Shown in pieces: positions 26,258 through 37,772 of a stretch of DNA of 50,417 bases (the first letter of the stretch is position 1; each line of letters begins with the position of its first letter). The stretch covers positions 1 to 50,417 of the forward strand of contig CAZZIO010000072.1 of assembly GCA_964654465.1 (NCBI GenBank). The letters run 5' to 3'. The translations under genes were made by a program, and so were the position numbers. This DNA is from an uncultured Dictyoglomota bacterium (GTDB lineage: Bacteria > Dictyoglomota > Dictyoglomia > Dictyoglomales > Dictyoglomaceae). The notes below the pieces were generated by a model. That model was not told the origin of the DNA, did not search any database, and was given only the letters and a program-made list of their open reading frames with translations.

Positions 26258-27998
26258 ATCCTTTTAGTTTCTCTTTTTTAATTCTTTTTTGTTCATACAT
26301 GATTTCATCGGCTTTTTGAAGAAGATCTTCTAAAGAAACAGGATTCTTAGGATCATAGGTCACAATTCCTATACTTATAGATATCTTATAGGGTCTATCT
26401 TGCTTGCTATTGAATTCTTCTATCTTTTCTAAAAGCCTTTTAAGGACTATTTCTTTATGATTTTCTTCCCCTATAATACCCATAATTACAAATTCATCTC
26501 CACCAAACCTTGCTATAAGGTCGTTCTGTCTAAGGGTTTCTCTCAAAATATTAGCTAAATCAATAAGGGCTTGATCTCCCACCTGATGTCCATATTTATC
26601 ATTTATTTCTTTCATGTGATCAAGATCAATAAACATAACAATTATCTTTTTATTTAATCTATTAGCTATAGAGAAGGTATGCTCTGCCAGAGTCATAAAT
26701 CCACGCCGGTTGTAAAGGCCCGTTAGAGCATCGGTTATAGAGAGTAACTTTAATTCTTCTTCTAACTTCTTCCTATAAGTTATATCAAGAATTGATAGGA
26801 GTATTGATTTTTTACCTTTATAAAGAACATTAACCATAGAGATCTCTAAATATGCTATTTCGTTATTTATTTTTCTTATTCTAATTTCATCTATTATATA
26901 TTCAAAAGTATTTTCTAATATCTGATTATACCTTTCCAAAAATCTATTTTTGTCCTCTTCATAAACATATTTTGTAAAATCATTTAGAGTTTCAAGTCTT
27001 GGTGGATAACCAAGGATCTCAACAAACCTTGAATTAGTGTATATGAATTTATTATCTTGTAATAAAGAAACACCAGTAAGAGACTGTTCTGCTAAAACTC
27101 TATACCTGGCCTCAGATTCCCTTAACGCTTCTAATAGCTCAATATTCTCAAAGATTATGGCAGCTTGCATAGTAAGTGTTTCTAAATTGAGAATATCATC
27201 CTGTTTAAAAGAATTCCTTTCAAGAGACTCTAAAACTAATATGCCTAATACCTTCTCTTTACCTAATATAGGAACAGCTAAGACAGAATTTGATACTGGA
27301 TTAACACATTTTATATCTGTTTCCCCAGTATAAGGTATATAAATAGTTCTCCTTTCACTAAGAACTTTTTTTAAAATACAAGAAGGGCTTTCTAAGTCTT
27401 TTGAATAATCTAATACACTTTTTGTAGATCTTTTCAGAAGAAAATTACCATCTTTTATCAAAAAAAGATAAACAAAGGGAGCATTACTTATTTTTATAGC
27501 TCCTTCAAAAAGTTTATCAAATAATTCTTCCCTATCTAAGGTAAAAATAGATTTTTGAATATCATTTAAAACCTTTAAACTTCTTATTTGCTTTTTATAA
27601 TTTTCTTCCCTTTTTACCCTATCTGTTACGTCTTCAATTATCGCTATTATGCCTTTTTCTACATTTCCCTCTAAAAGAGGAAACATCTGTACAGTTTGTT
27701 GCATATATTTATATTCTTCATCCTTTATTTCAATAGGTATAAGGTATTTATGAAATCTTTGAGAAAGAATAACTGAACTTCCTTGCAATACCTGCTGAAA
27801 ATAATTTTCAAATCTTTTAATCTGGGGAACTACCTCAAAAATATTTTGTCCAATGATATTTTCTTTTTTTATTCCTGTATTTACTTCAAGCCACTTATTC
27901 CAAAATATAACTTTAAAATTGGTATCTGTAATGAAGATACCCCATATACTGTATTCTTCAAGCCATGTAATGAGACTACTAAGAAAAAGTTCATTCAT
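26256..27998 (-). CDS. Diguanylate cyclase, PAS-GAF-PAS-GGDEF
   Basis: TDALTGLYNRR, FIDLD, INDKYGHQVGD, RQND I-site, ARFGGDEF; no TM segment seen. Confidence 0.93.
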   Translation of the reverse strand: MNELFLSSLITWLEEYSIWGIFITDTNFKVIFWNKWLEVNTGIKKENIIGQNIFEVVPQIKRFENYFQQVLQGSSVILSQRFHKYLIPIEIKDEEYKYMQQTVQMFPLLEGNVEKGIIAIIEDVTDRVKREENYKKQIRSLKVLNDIQKSIFTLDREELFDKLFEGAIKISNAPFVYLFLIKDGNFLLKRSTKSVLDYSKDLESPSCILKKVLSERRTIYIPYTGETDIKCVNPVSNSVLAVPILGKEKVLGILVLESLERNSFKQDDILNLETLTMQAAIIFENIELLEALRESEARYRVLAEQSLTGVSLLQDNKFIYTNSRFVEILGYPPRLETLNDFTKYVYEEDKNRFLERYNQILENTFEYIIDEIRIRKINNEIAYLEISMVNVLYKGKKSILLSILDITYRKKLEEELKLLSITDALTGLYNRRGFMTLAEHTFSIANRLNKKIIVMFIDLDHMKEINDKYGHQVGDQALIDLANILRETLRQNDLIARFGGDEFVIMGIIGEENHKEIVLKRLLEKIEEFNSKQDRPYKISISIGIVTYDPKNPVSLEDLLQKADEIMYEQKRIKKEKLKG

Positions 27999-28000
27999 AT

Positions 28001-28603
28001 TTATCCAATCTTTTCAAGGCTTTCCAAAAGTCTTTCTAAGGAAGAGACTCCCAAGATTATTACCAAATATCCCTTTATACTACTATCTCTCACCTTAAAC
28101 TGAGTTATAGCTATTAAGGCATATTTTAACTCCTCTTGAGATATTACAAGAGTGTCAAGCATCACATTGAGAGCTTCTAGATGGATTTTAGGAACAGAAA
28201 AGGTAATATGAAGCTGCAATAAGTTTCCAAACATTCCAAGACATGCATTAAGTAGAATATTTCCTATCTCCATTAATACTTCTTTTAAAGATGGGGTCAA
28301 ATAATCAACTTCCAAATCTTCTCCAGATAATAGGTTTGTAAGTTTTACAGCACCCTGATAGTCTAGAAGAAGAAGTGCATCTCCTGCTACAGGTCCTGAG
28401 AATATCTGGTGTACTGTAGTCACATCGCCATTAATCTCTTTCATGAGCCTACCCTGCAATTCACCAATAGGAACTATATCTACCTTAGGTGGTTCCAATA
28501 AAACTCTGTCTCCTGTAATCTCTGATAAAGAGGCTGCAGCTCTTGAGAAAGCAATATTAATAAGCTCGGAAAGAGCATCTTTTTGATTCTCATTTAAGAT
28601 CAT
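28001..28603 (-). CDS. cheC: CheC-family phosphatase
   Basis: DALSELINIA and LMEIGNI (two ExxN motifs), FSVP. Confidence 0.85.
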   Translation of the reverse strand: MILNENQKDALSELINIAFSRAAASLSEITGDRVLLEPPKVDIVPIGELQGRLMKEINGDVTTVHQIFSGPVAGDALLLLDYQGAVKLTNLLSGEDLEVDYLTPSLKEVLMEIGNILLNACLGMFGNLLQLHITFSVPKIHLEALNVMLDTLVISQEELKYALIAITQFKVRDSSIKGYLVIILGVSSLERLLESLEKIG

Positions 28604-28606
28604 ATC

Positions 28607-28963
28607 TTATCCTCCCGAAATTTTCTTAAGAATGTTTAAAACCTCTTCCTCAACAACTGGCTTATTTAAAAAAGCAGTAGCCCCTTTTTGCGTGGCAAGC
28701 TCTTTCGTTTGTCTTTGTATATCAGCTGAAACTATTATAACCTTCGCAGAGTTATCTATTTCCTTAATTTTTTCAAGAACCTCAAGCCCATTTAATCCCT
28801 CCATAGTAAGATCCAAAAATACCACATCAGGCTTCTCAAGATAAAATTTTTCCAACCCCTCTATACCACTTCCTGCCTCAATTATTTCATGATTTTCCTT
28901 TTCTAATACTCTTTTCAAAATCCTTCTTGCAAGACTTGAATCATCAATAAGAAGAATTTTCAT
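28607..28963 (-). CDS. cheY: Single-domain response regulator (CheY-like)
   Basis: ILLIDDS, FLDLTM, SAD, KP; start adjusted to MKILL. Confidence 0.88.
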   Translation of the reverse strand: MKILLIDDSSLARRILKRVLEKENHEIIEAGSGIEGLEKFYLEKPDVVFLDLTMEGLNGLEVLEKIKEIDNSAKVIIVSADIQRQTKELATQKGATAFLNKPVVEEEVLNILKKISGG

Positions 28964-30032
28964 TATTGCTTCCCCCCATAACAAAATTTATTATCTCTTC
29001 CGCCATATTATAAAGAGGAATACTTTTATCACTTAATCCTCTCTCTTCGACAGCTCTTGGCATGCCGTAAATTATACATGTTTCCTCAGATTCGGTAAAT
29101 ACAATTCCCCCTTTTGATTTTATTACTTCTACCCCTAAGAGTCCATCATTTCCCATCCCTGTCATTATAATACCAAGAGTTCTACTACCAAATATTTCTC
29201 CTGCAGATTTAAACAAAACATCTGCTGAAGGTCTATGAAGAGTATCTAAAGGTTTTAAATCCAGTCTCACCAAAACCTTATCATCCATTTTTTCAAAGAA
29301 CATATGTTTGCCTGCAGGTGCAATATACACCTTTCCTCCCTGTAAGATATCACCATCTTCCGCTTCTTTGACCTCTAATTCAGATATTTCATTTAATTTT
29401 TCTGCAAAAATTTCTGTATATCCTATTGGCATATGAATAACAATAGCTATTGGAACTGGAAAATCCCTTGGAAATTTTGGTATTAAATACCTCAAAGCCT
29501 GTGGGCCTCCAGTAGAGATTCCAATAACCACAACATCTACTCTGGTCTTTTTAATTTCTTTTTTAATCTCTAATTTAGGTGTGGGTAAGCTTATAACTTT
29601 TTTGACTTTTTTAAGAGATATCATACTTGCGTTTTTTACTTTTTCTATAAGCTCATTGGATATCTCATAGATCTTTTCAGAGGCTAATGCAGTAGGTTTC
29701 TGTATAATATCTACTGCACCTAAATTAAGAGCCTCAATAGCTAAATCTCCTGTCTCACTCGCTATACTTACTATTACAACAGGAAGAGGCCTTCTTTTCA
29801 TTTGTTCCTTTAAAAAGCCAATACCATCAAGTCTCGGCATAATAAGGTCCAAGGTTACTACATCAGGTTTTAATTCTTCCACCTTTTCAAGAGCTTCTTC
29901 TCCATCTCGTGCAGTCCCTACTACCTCAATAAAAGGACTTTTAGAGAGAATATTAGTTAATACTTTTCTTACAAAAGCAGAATCATCTACAACCAGTACT
30001 CGGATTATTCTATCTGGATTATTTTTTGACAT
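28944..30032 (-). CDS. cheB: Chemotaxis methylesterase (REC-CheB)
   Basis: VLVVDDS, TLD..MP; GISTGGP, IHMP, RPSADVLF, TGMGNDG; start MSKNN after GGAGGTG. Confidence 0.95.
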   Translation of the reverse strand: MSKNNPDRIIRVLVVDDSAFVRKVLTNILSKSPFIEVVGTARDGEEALEKVEELKPDVVTLDLIMPRLDGIGFLKEQMKRRPLPVVIVSIASETGDLAIEALNLGAVDIIQKPTALASEKIYEISNELIEKVKNASMISLKKVKKVISLPTPKLEIKKEIKKTRVDVVVIGISTGGPQALRYLIPKFPRDFPVPIAIVIHMPIGYTEIFAEKLNEISELEVKEAEDGDILQGGKVYIAPAGKHMFFEKMDDKVLVRLDLKPLDTLHRPSADVLFKSAGEIFGSRTLGIIMTGMGNDGLLGVEVIKSKGGIVFTESEETCIIYGMPRAVEERGLSDKSIPLYNMAEEIINFVMGGSNNENSSY

Positions 30033-30855
30033 ATACAAAAGCACCTCCAATAATTTGTAAATCAAAGGAATGGGAAAATCTAAGTAAGGACTCTGATAAT
30101 CCAATAAAGAGATAACCAGGATTTTCCATATTCTCTTCAAATATCCTTATAACTTTCTGTATTATGTCATCAGAAAAATATATAAAAACATTTTTACAAA
30201 AAATAATCTTTGACTTCGATAAATCCACTATCTCTTGCTTACTTACCAAATTTGCTTTTTTCCATATAACCTTTTTATGTATATCTGGTATTATTTTATA
30301 CCCATTTTCTACTTTTATAAAATATTTATCAATTAAATCATTTGGAAAATTTCTAAAAGACCTTTCTTTATAAATTCCTTTTTTAGCCTTTTCTAAAGCA
30401 GAATTACTTATATCGCTTGCAAATATTTCTATTCGCATCTTATCAAACCAACCCTTTTCATTTAAAACAATAGCTATAGACAACGGTTCCTCTCCTGTAG
30501 CACATGCACTACTCCATATCTTTACATATCTTTCCCCTTTTTCATAAAGATCAGGAATAATATGTTCAGATAAAACTTTTAAATGTTCATATTCTCTGAA
30601 GAAATAGGTCTCTTGCACAGAAAGAGCATCAGCTATTTTATCCCATTCCTCTTTTCCCTCAGGGTCATATTTTAAGAAATAGTAATAATCAACAAAGTTA
30701 GTAAAATTCCTTTCTAAAGCAAGGGGAGTAAGTTTATCTGCTAAAATATCTTTCTTCGAATCATCGTAATATATTCCAATTTTATCTTTGATTAAATCTC
30801 TGAGAAGAGAAAAAGAATTTCCAGGAAAATCTAAAGTCTCTTGATAGAAAATCAT
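30019..30855 (-). CDS. cheR: Chemotaxis methyltransferase
   Basis: ETYFFRE, IWSSACATGEEP, ASDIS, IFCKNVFIYF, G.SESL. Confidence 0.95.
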   Translation of the reverse strand: MIFYQETLDFPGNSFSLLRDLIKDKIGIYYDDSKKDILADKLTPLALERNFTNFVDYYYFLKYDPEGKEEWDKIADALSVQETYFFREYEHLKVLSEHIIPDLYEKGERYVKIWSSACATGEEPLSIAIVLNEKGWFDKMRIEIFASDISNSALEKAKKGIYKERSFRNFPNDLIDKYFIKVENGYKIIPDIHKKVIWKKANLVSKQEIVDLSKSKIIFCKNVFIYFSDDIIQKVIRIFEENMENPGYLFIGLSESLLRFSHSFDLQIIGGAFVYVKK

Positions 30856-33566
30856 ATTTCCCTACCTTCTAATATATTTTTTACAATTTGTATAATTTCA
30901 GAATCCTTCTCTTCTAACAAGAAGTCCTTAAGGATTTTATATTCTTCTATTGAACCCAAATTGTGTAAAGAAAATATAGCTTGAATTTTTACATCCCTAT
31001 CATCGTCTTTTAAAAATTGAGCAATATATTTTGTAACCCCTTTCCTTTTTCTCTCTAAAGCAAGAATCAAAGCTTTCTTTTCTATTTTTGTTATATTGTT
31101 ACATGCTTTCAATAAATTTGGGATTTCTTCTAAAGGTATTTGAGAAAGAGTATCAATAGCCATATCTCGCTTATCAGCATATAAACTGAGAGACAATATA
31201 GCCCTATAACTTTCTAAGATACCCATTTGTAAAAAGGCCAAAAGAGCTTCTTTTATTATATCCTTATCATTTTCTGTTATAGTGCACCAAAGTATATTTT
31301 GTATCACTATAGGATTTTTCTTATTTTTTAACGCTCTTATTGCTTCTTTTTTTAAATCTTTATCTCTGGAGTTAAGAAATTGCAAAAGCAAAGGTATGGT
31401 CTCAGGATGATCTATGTTACCAAGAGCAGATATGGAATTTAATATTAAGTCTTTGTTATCAGAGTCTAAAAATTTTTGGATTAAAGGTATAGCTCTTTTA
31501 TTTCCTATCTTTCCTAAGGATTCAATAATAATAGCCTTTACTAACTCTGACTCCTCTCTGTGTAATAAATCTTCAAGCAAATCAATAATATAGGGAGGAT
31601 TATGGAAAACTAAGGATTTTACTGCATAATACCTTACCCAAGGAGAGGAATCTTTTAATGCTATCTCTATTAATGGTAATGCTTTTTCTTTTTCTATATA
31701 TATTAAAGCTCTTGCTATCACTTCCCTTATTTTTCTTTTCTCTTTTTCTAAACCACTTTTAAGAATCTCAAAAATTCTTTCATCATCAAAAAATACTATA
31801 TTCTCATATACTGCTTTCCTTATTTCTTCATTATCCTCTTCCAAAAGTTTTATTAAGTCGTCTTTATACTCTTCATATCCAAAATATCCTATTATCTTTA
31901 TAGCAGATTCCTTTTCATAACAATTATTACTTACTAAGAGTTCTTTTACCCTTTCTCTCATTTCAGGATGCCCCAAAGAATTCAAGGCAGATATTATTGA
32001 CTGTCTTATATAGGGATTAGGATGTCCTAATTTCTTAATTAATGGATCAAAAGCCCTTCTATCTCCTATTTTGGCCAACGCTCCTGCACAAACAATTGTA
32101 AGATTTTCGTCTTCTAATTGTTCTAATATGTAAGGTACTGCCTTTTTACTTCCTATTCTTCCTAAGGCCATAATAGCTAAGGTTTTTATCTCTATATCTT
32201 CATCCCTTAAGCTTTCTATAAGCAAATCCTCTATTTCTTTTCCATATTTAATAAGCACCTCAATAATTTCATTTCTCACGTTTGGATTTCCAATAAACTT
32301 TATTAAATATCTTTCCACAGTAGGATCCTTAAGGTAGGCAAGAATAGGTATGATGTTTTTTAGAGTTTCCTCTCTAAGTTTAAAAATAAAATCTAAAACA
32401 TTTTTTAACCCTTGGGGTGTTAAATTGTCCTTTATCTCTTTAGCAATATATTCACCCTCTTCGTATATGTTCTCATATCTTCTATATATTTTTCCTAAGG
32501 CCTCTAAAATATCTTCTATATATTCAGGCGATTGATTTAAATGATTTACAAGTATTTTTACTGAATTTTTATCTCCCAATTCTCCTAAAATCTCTATTAC
32601 GTGAGGTTTAAAGAGTTCATCTTCAAAATAAGGATAGATTTTCTCAATAATAGTTGGATCATTTATTTCTTTTAAGGCATTTAAAATCGCTACTCCTAAA
32701 TAATAGTCTTTACTTTCAAGAAATTTCAAAAGATAAGGTACTGCTTTTTGAGATTTTTTATTCCCCAATCCTTCTATAGCTGAAAACACCACATTAGGAT
32801 TACTATCTGAAAGGGCAGATATTAAAAGATCCTCTGCTTCTTCAAAATTAATATTTGAAAGTATCTGAACTGTATAGAGTCTTAAATCTGGATCTTTATC
32901 CTTCAACATTTGAGAAAGGGCATATAAAATATCTAAATCAGTAGTGGAGGATAGAATTTGAATCACACTATTCAATACACTCAAATTTCGGTATTCTTCT
33001 TTCATTCTCTTTAAAAGTTCATAAGCAAATTTTCCACTTTTTTTCTTTATCTCTTCCACCGCAATCTTTCTTACTTTCCAACTTTCATCATTAATAGCTT
33101 CTACTATTCCTTCATCTTCCCTTTGACTTAACTTCTTTAAAGCCAAAATTCTCTCCTTTTCATCAGGGCTTTTCAGTTTCTCTTTTAACTCCATTTCTTC
33201 TTCTAAAATCTGAGTAACATCCTCAATAGTTATTATCAAACCTACAACCTCTTTCTCTGTCTTTAGCGGGGCAATAGTAACTCTCTGTCTCATTTTATCA
33301 AAATACTTGGAAGGATAGGATAGTTCAATAGGTATAAGATACTTGTGAAATCTTGTAGATAGAATTCTTACCACACCATTTTGAAGTACTTCTTCAAAGA
33401 TTTTAGTGATACCTCTATCTATCAAATCAGGATATATCTCAGTGATTAATTTTCCAACTATATCCTCTCTTGGAATTTTTGTTTTTTCTTCTAACCAACT
33501 ATTCCAGTAAGTAATTATAAGATTTCTATCAGTAGTAAGAATACCATAATTTTCTTTATCCTCCAT
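30852..33566 (-). CDS. PAS domain plus long HEAT-repeat protein
   Basis: N-terminal PAS (GILTTD...YWN...IEDVT); many LxDxxxxVRxxAxxALG-type repeats. Confidence 0.85.
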   Translation of the reverse strand: MEDKENYGILTTDRNLIITYWNSWLEEKTKIPREDIVGKLITEIYPDLIDRGITKIFEEVLQNGVVRILSTRFHKYLIPIELSYPSKYFDKMRQRVTIAPLKTEKEVVGLIITIEDVTQILEEEMELKEKLKSPDEKERILALKKLSQREDEGIVEAINDESWKVRKIAVEEIKKKSGKFAYELLKRMKEEYRNLSVLNSVIQILSSTTDLDILYALSQMLKDKDPDLRLYTVQILSNINFEEAEDLLISALSDSNPNVVFSAIEGLGNKKSQKAVPYLLKFLESKDYYLGVAILNALKEINDPTIIEKIYPYFEDELFKPHVIEILGELGDKNSVKILVNHLNQSPEYIEDILEALGKIYRRYENIYEEGEYIAKEIKDNLTPQGLKNVLDFIFKLREETLKNIIPILAYLKDPTVERYLIKFIGNPNVRNEIIEVLIKYGKEIEDLLIESLRDEDIEIKTLAIMALGRIGSKKAVPYILEQLEDENLTIVCAGALAKIGDRRAFDPLIKKLGHPNPYIRQSIISALNSLGHPEMRERVKELLVSNNCYEKESAIKIIGYFGYEEYKDDLIKLLEEDNEEIRKAVYENIVFFDDERIFEILKSGLEKEKRKIREVIARALIYIEKEKALPLIEIALKDSSPWVRYYAVKSLVFHNPPYIIDLLEDLLHREESELVKAIIIESLGKIGNKRAIPLIQKFLDSDNKDLILNSISALGNIDHPETIPLLLQFLNSRDKDLKKEAIRALKNKKNPIVIQNILWCTITENDKDIIKEALLAFLQMGILESYRAILSLSLYADKRDMAIDTLSQIPLEEIPNLLKACNNITKIEKKALILALERKRKGVTKYIAQFLKDDDRDVKIQAIFSLHNLGSIEEYKILKDFLLEEKDSEIIQIVKNILEGREI

Positions 33567-35415
33567 TTTCTCTTTCCTCCATTTTATCCATACCTTCTTG
33601 TATCTTAGAAATACTCTTTGATAGAGCCTCTAAATTACTAATATTTCTCTTATTAGCTTCTGCTATTTCTTTTATCTGTTTTGCTATTTTGGTTATATTT
33701 TCAAACACATTTTTATTGGCAATAACTTGTTCATCCATTCCTTTCTTTATACTATTAAGTTGTTTCCTTATCATCTCTATAGCCTTCACAATTTGAGATG
33801 ATGCAATAGCTTGCTCAGATATTGCCTTACTTATACTATTAATTAATTTACCTAATCTTTCAGTTTCTTTCGCAATTTGATCACTGGCAATAGACTGTTC
33901 TTGCATAGCTTTTGCAGTGTTTAATGAAATTTTTCTCATTGAATCCACTGCTTGTACAATCTGGTTAGCTCCTTTTGCTTGCTCCTCTGTAGCCTTTTGT
34001 ACTAAGCTTGCAAGTCTCGAGGTTGCTTGCCCTGATCTTAATATTTCCCTGGCAGCTTTTGATTGTTCCTGCATAGCTTCAGTTATTTGTTTTGTTATTC
34101 TCCTAATATTGTTTACATTTTGTACTATAGAATGGGCTGTTTTATTTTGCTCTGAGGTTGCCTTTGCAATCTCTTCTGATTGTTTAGAGGTAATATTTAC
34201 GGTATTAACCATATTTTGACCTGCCACCAACTCTTCCTCACTGGCTCTTGCTATTTGAGAAATCATAAGAGTTGTCTCCTCTATTCCAGAAAGAATTCTC
34301 TTTAAAGCATTAGCTCCTTCTTCTGAAAGATTTGTGCTTTCCTCTACTACTCTTAGTCCCTCCTTAGAAGCTGACACAGCTTCTTGGGCCACTTCTTGCA
34401 AATTTCTTATAATCTTTCCAATATCAGAAGTAGCCTTTGTAGCTCTTTCTGCCAAATTTCTTATCTCCTCTGCAACCACAGCAAAACCTCTGCCTGCTTC
34501 TCCAGCTCTTGCTGCCTCTATGGAAGCATTTAAGGAAAGAAGATTAGTTCTTTCAGCTATAAGGTCTATAGTATCCACTATTTCATTAATTTCTCCTGCC
34601 CTTTTTCCCATTTCTTTAATTACCGATGATATTTGTTCCATCACATTTCTTATCTTATTGATACCTTGAATAGCTTTTTCAATTGTAATTCCCCCTTCTT
34701 TTGCCTCTCTCTCAAGTCTCTTTGAGGTTTCATCAGCTCTTTTTGTAATATCCACTACCGATCTTATAGACTTATCAAGCTGTATAGCACTTGTGGCACT
34801 ATTTTGTACCGCTGAAGTTATATCTTCAGCTCTCTTTGCCACATTCTCTATAGATCTTGCCATCTCTTCTATAGCAGTTGCTATTTGTTCCACTGATGAA
34901 GATAAATTTTCAACTGAAGCTGTTACCTCTTCAATAGAGGAGGCCATCTCATTTATAGAAGAAGTTGTTATTTCTGCAGACTGCGAAAGTTCTTTTGCAT
35001 TATCTGCTACTTGCTGAATTGAACGAGATATTTCCTCTATAGAGGATGCCGTCTGTGTTACTGCAGAGGCAAGAGAATCAACATCAGCCGTAACCCCTTT
35101 TATAGATTGGGACATTTCCGTGATACTTGCAGAAATCTCTTGAGATGATGTAGCCATCTCTTGGGACATCTGATTTACACTCTGGATCGAATTAGACAAT
35201 TCCTCTATACTTGCTGAAATTTCCTCTACTGCAGAAGAAAAACTTTCAAGGTTTTCTTTGAGTTCCTCTATAGAAGTAGAAAGTTCATTAGTAGAAGATA
35301 TGATATTTTCTGTTGAAGAAGTTATATTTTCTGATTCAATTGTTATTATCTTCAAATCTTCAGTCAATTTTTCTAATTTATCCAAATCTAACTCCTCACT
35401 TTTTCTCCTTTTCAT
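33556..35415 (-). CDS. Soluble methyl-accepting chemotaxis protein with no TM or sensor domain
   Basis: [37 protein letters not shown] at the protein midpoint. Confidence 0.93.
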   Translation of the reverse strand: MKRRKSEELDLDKLEKLTEDLKIITIESENITSSTENIISSTNELSTSIEELKENLESFSSAVEEISASIEELSNSIQSVNQMSQEMATSSQEISASITEMSQSIKGVTADVDSLASAVTQTASSIEEISRSIQQVADNAKELSQSAEITTSSINEMASSIEEVTASVENLSSSVEQIATAIEEMARSIENVAKRAEDITSAVQNSATSAIQLDKSIRSVVDITKRADETSKRLEREAKEGGITIEKAIQGINKIRNVMEQISSVIKEMGKRAGEINEIVDTIDLIAERTNLLSLNASIEAARAGEAGRGFAVVAEEIRNLAERATKATSDIGKIIRNLQEVAQEAVSASKEGLRVVEESTNLSEEGANALKRILSGIEETTLMISQIARASEEELVAGQNMVNTVNITSKQSEEIAKATSEQNKTAHSIVQNVNNIRRITKQITEAMQEQSKAAREILRSGQATSRLASLVQKATEEQAKGANQIVQAVDSMRKISLNTAKAMQEQSIASDQIAKETERLGKLINSISKAISEQAIASSQIVKAIEMIRKQLNSIKKGMDEQVIANKNVFENITKIAKQIKEIAEANKRNISNLEALSKSISKIQEGMDKMEERENGG

Positions 35416-35872
35416 CTTCTAAGCCTCCTTCTTTTAGAATCTCTTTAGGATTTAATATCAAAATTAATCTATCTCCAAGATTAGCAATTCCCTCCAAAAA
35501 TTTTTCCGATATACCAAAAATATTTTCAAAAGATTCTTGAATCTTATCTGGTGGTATAGAGATATATTCACGAGCAGAATCTACAATAAGCCCTACCTCT
35601 TTATCTTCTATTTTAATAACAATCATTCTTGTTTTTATATCATACGGAATTCTCTCTAATCCCATTCTTGCCCTTAAATTAATTACTGGTATTACTTTTC
35701 CCCGAGAAAGGGTAACACCATCAACATAAGGTGTTGCATTAGGCACAAGGGTAATATTCTCCACCATCTCTATCTGCTGAATATACTTACTTTTTATACC
35801 GTAAAAGGTTTCACCTATTTTAAAAACCACATAAGAATTTTCTTCATCAATGATGTAAAACACTTTTTTCAC
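35396..35872 (-). CDS. cheW: Chemotaxis coupling protein
   Basis: [29 protein letters not shown]. Confidence 0.93.
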   Translation of the reverse strand: MKKVFYIIDEENSYVVFKIGETFYGIKSKYIQQIEMVENITLVPNATPYVDGVTLSRGKVIPVINLRARMGLERIPYDIKTRMIVIKIEDKEVGLIVDSAREYISIPPDKIQESFENIFGISEKFLEGIANLGDRLILILNPKEILKEGGLEDEKEKK

Positions 35873-37766
35873 TCCTTCCCTTTAGAAGTCCATCTATATT
35901 TAAAATCAGTACAACTTTTCCATCCCCAAAATCTGTTCCCCCCATAATGGCAGGATTTTTAAGTATAATAGGATCCGTAATAGGTCTTACTACTGCCTCT
36001 TTCACACTTATTACCTTATCAACTCCTATTCCAATATCTTGATTTTCCTTTGTTACAATAAGAAGATGATATTTCTCTTTCTTCTCTGTAGGAAGGTTAA
36101 AAATCTCAGAAATAAATAATACAGGAATACTTTTGGCTCTATAGGGAATCATTTTTATCCCTTTGAACCTTACAATATCCTCATTTTTTACCTCTATGAT
36201 CTCCTTTATATAGGATTGAGGAATAGCATATCTTTCTTTTCCTACCTCTACCAATACTGAATCCAAAATAGCAAGAGTTAAAGGAAGTTTCAAAATAAAT
36301 CTTGTGCCTTTATCTTTCTCACTACTCAAATAAAGATTACCACCCAATTCCTGGATGGTATTTTTCACTACAGACATACCTACTCCTCTTCCGCTTTCTC
36401 TATCTGCCGAATCTCGTGTGGAAAAATCTGGAGAACATATAATTTCTAACACCTTTTCATCCGAATTTAATTCATCTCTACCTCTTATCATTCCAAGCTC
36501 TAACGCCTTATCCGCTATTTTATCTCTATCTATTCCTTTACCGTCGTCTTCTACTTCAATAATCACATTATCTCCAGAAGTATAAGCTCTTAAATATATA
36601 TTCCCATAAGGATCTTTACCCTTTTCCAATCTATCTTTCTCTTCCTCAATTCCATGACTTACAGCATTCCTTACAAGATGTAAAAGAGGATCTATTAATC
36701 TTTCCACGATATACTTGTCAAGTTCCGTTTCTTTTCCCAATATATGTAGATTTATTTTTTTCTTGCTTTCTCTAATAAGATCTCTTATAACAAACTGCAT
36801 TCTTTCAAAAGCTTCTCCTATGGGTACTAATCTGACTTTCATAAGACTTTCTCTTAAATTTCTTAAATTCTTATCTAAAAGTCTTATGGTCTCAGAAAGT
36901 CTACTTTGCATTATTGGTGATACTACCGATTCTATTTCTTTAAAATCTTCTTGTAATCTTGACTTTGTAATTACCAATTCTCCCACAATCCTCATAAGTT
37001 CATCTAATTTGGAAAGATCCACTCTTATAAATGTGGTAGGAGAAAGGGTAGTTGGAACAGATTTTACTTTTTCCTCTAATCTTCCTTTTTCTTCTTCAGG
37101 ATAATATTGAATATTCAACTCTTTAAGAAATTCTAAATTTGATTCATCATCACAAGAGAACAAAAACTCAAAATATATCTTTTTATCCTTATCCACTTGT
37201 GGTATGGCTTTAAGTAATTTGGTCTTCTCTTGAAGATTTTTTCTTAAAAATTCTACATTTATACCTTTTTCAGATAGTTCTTGAGAAGGATAAAAAACAA
37301 TTTTATATACCCTTTCTTCTTTTTTCTTTTCTACCTCTTCCTTAAATTCCTTAGGAGTCTCATCATGAGTAGTGAGTACCTTTAACTTGGAAAGTGCCTC
37401 TTCTATATCAGGAATTTCTTTATTCTCCTTTTTGCACAAAATGACTTCTTCCAATAGCTTTACACCATCTCTAAGTAATAAAAGATCTTCTTCTTTAAAA
37501 CTCTTTTTTCCAGTCCTCAGCAATTTAAGATAACTTTCCAATTGATGTGATAATTTTTCAGCTTGCAATATACCTACCATGGCAGAAAGACCTTTTATGG
37601 TATGAAAACTTCTAAAAAGCTCATTTATTATCTCCTCATTAATTACTTCTTTGTCTAAATAATCTTCTAAAGCAATAAGATTTTTCTTTATTGATAATAG
37701 GTGTTCATCACATTCAGCAAAATAATCTTGCAATAAAGAATCTAAAAACTCCTTATCATCTTTCAT
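35847..37766 (-). CDS. cheA: Chemotaxis histidine kinase
   Basis: FRSFHTIKG (Hpt), IRVDLSKLDELM, HLVRNAVSHGIE, DDGKG, GRGVGM, LPLTLA, C-terminal CheW domain. Confidence 0.96.
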   Translation of the reverse strand: MKDDKEFLDSLLQDYFAECDEHLLSIKKNLIALEDYLDKEVINEEIINELFRSFHTIKGLSAMVGILQAEKLSHQLESYLKLLRTGKKSFKEEDLLLLRDGVKLLEEVILCKKENKEIPDIEEALSKLKVLTTHDETPKEFKEEVEKKKEERVYKIVFYPSQELSEKGINVEFLRKNLQEKTKLLKAIPQVDKDKKIYFEFLFSCDDESNLEFLKELNIQYYPEEEKGRLEEKVKSVPTTLSPTTFIRVDLSKLDELMRIVGELVITKSRLQEDFKEIESVVSPIMQSRLSETIRLLDKNLRNLRESLMKVRLVPIGEAFERMQFVIRDLIRESKKKINLHILGKETELDKYIVERLIDPLLHLVRNAVSHGIEEEKDRLEKGKDPYGNIYLRAYTSGDNVIIEVEDDGKGIDRDKIADKALELGMIRGRDELNSDEKVLEIICSPDFSTRDSADRESGRGVGMSVVKNTIQELGGNLYLSSEKDKGTRFILKLPLTLAILDSVLVEVGKERYAIPQSYIKEIIEVKNEDIVRFKGIKMIPYRAKSIPVLFISEIFNLPTEKKEKYHLLIVTKENQDIGIGVDKVISVKEAVVRPITDPIILKNPAIMGGTDFGDGKVVLILNIDGLLKGRSEKSVLHH

Positions 37767-37772
37767 CTAATT

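Noticed and set aside
33556-35415. Repetitive DNA in the MCP as a CRISPR or tandem DNA repeat
   Set aside because: Periodicity is at the protein level (84 nt) with divergent codons; no identical repeats with spacers
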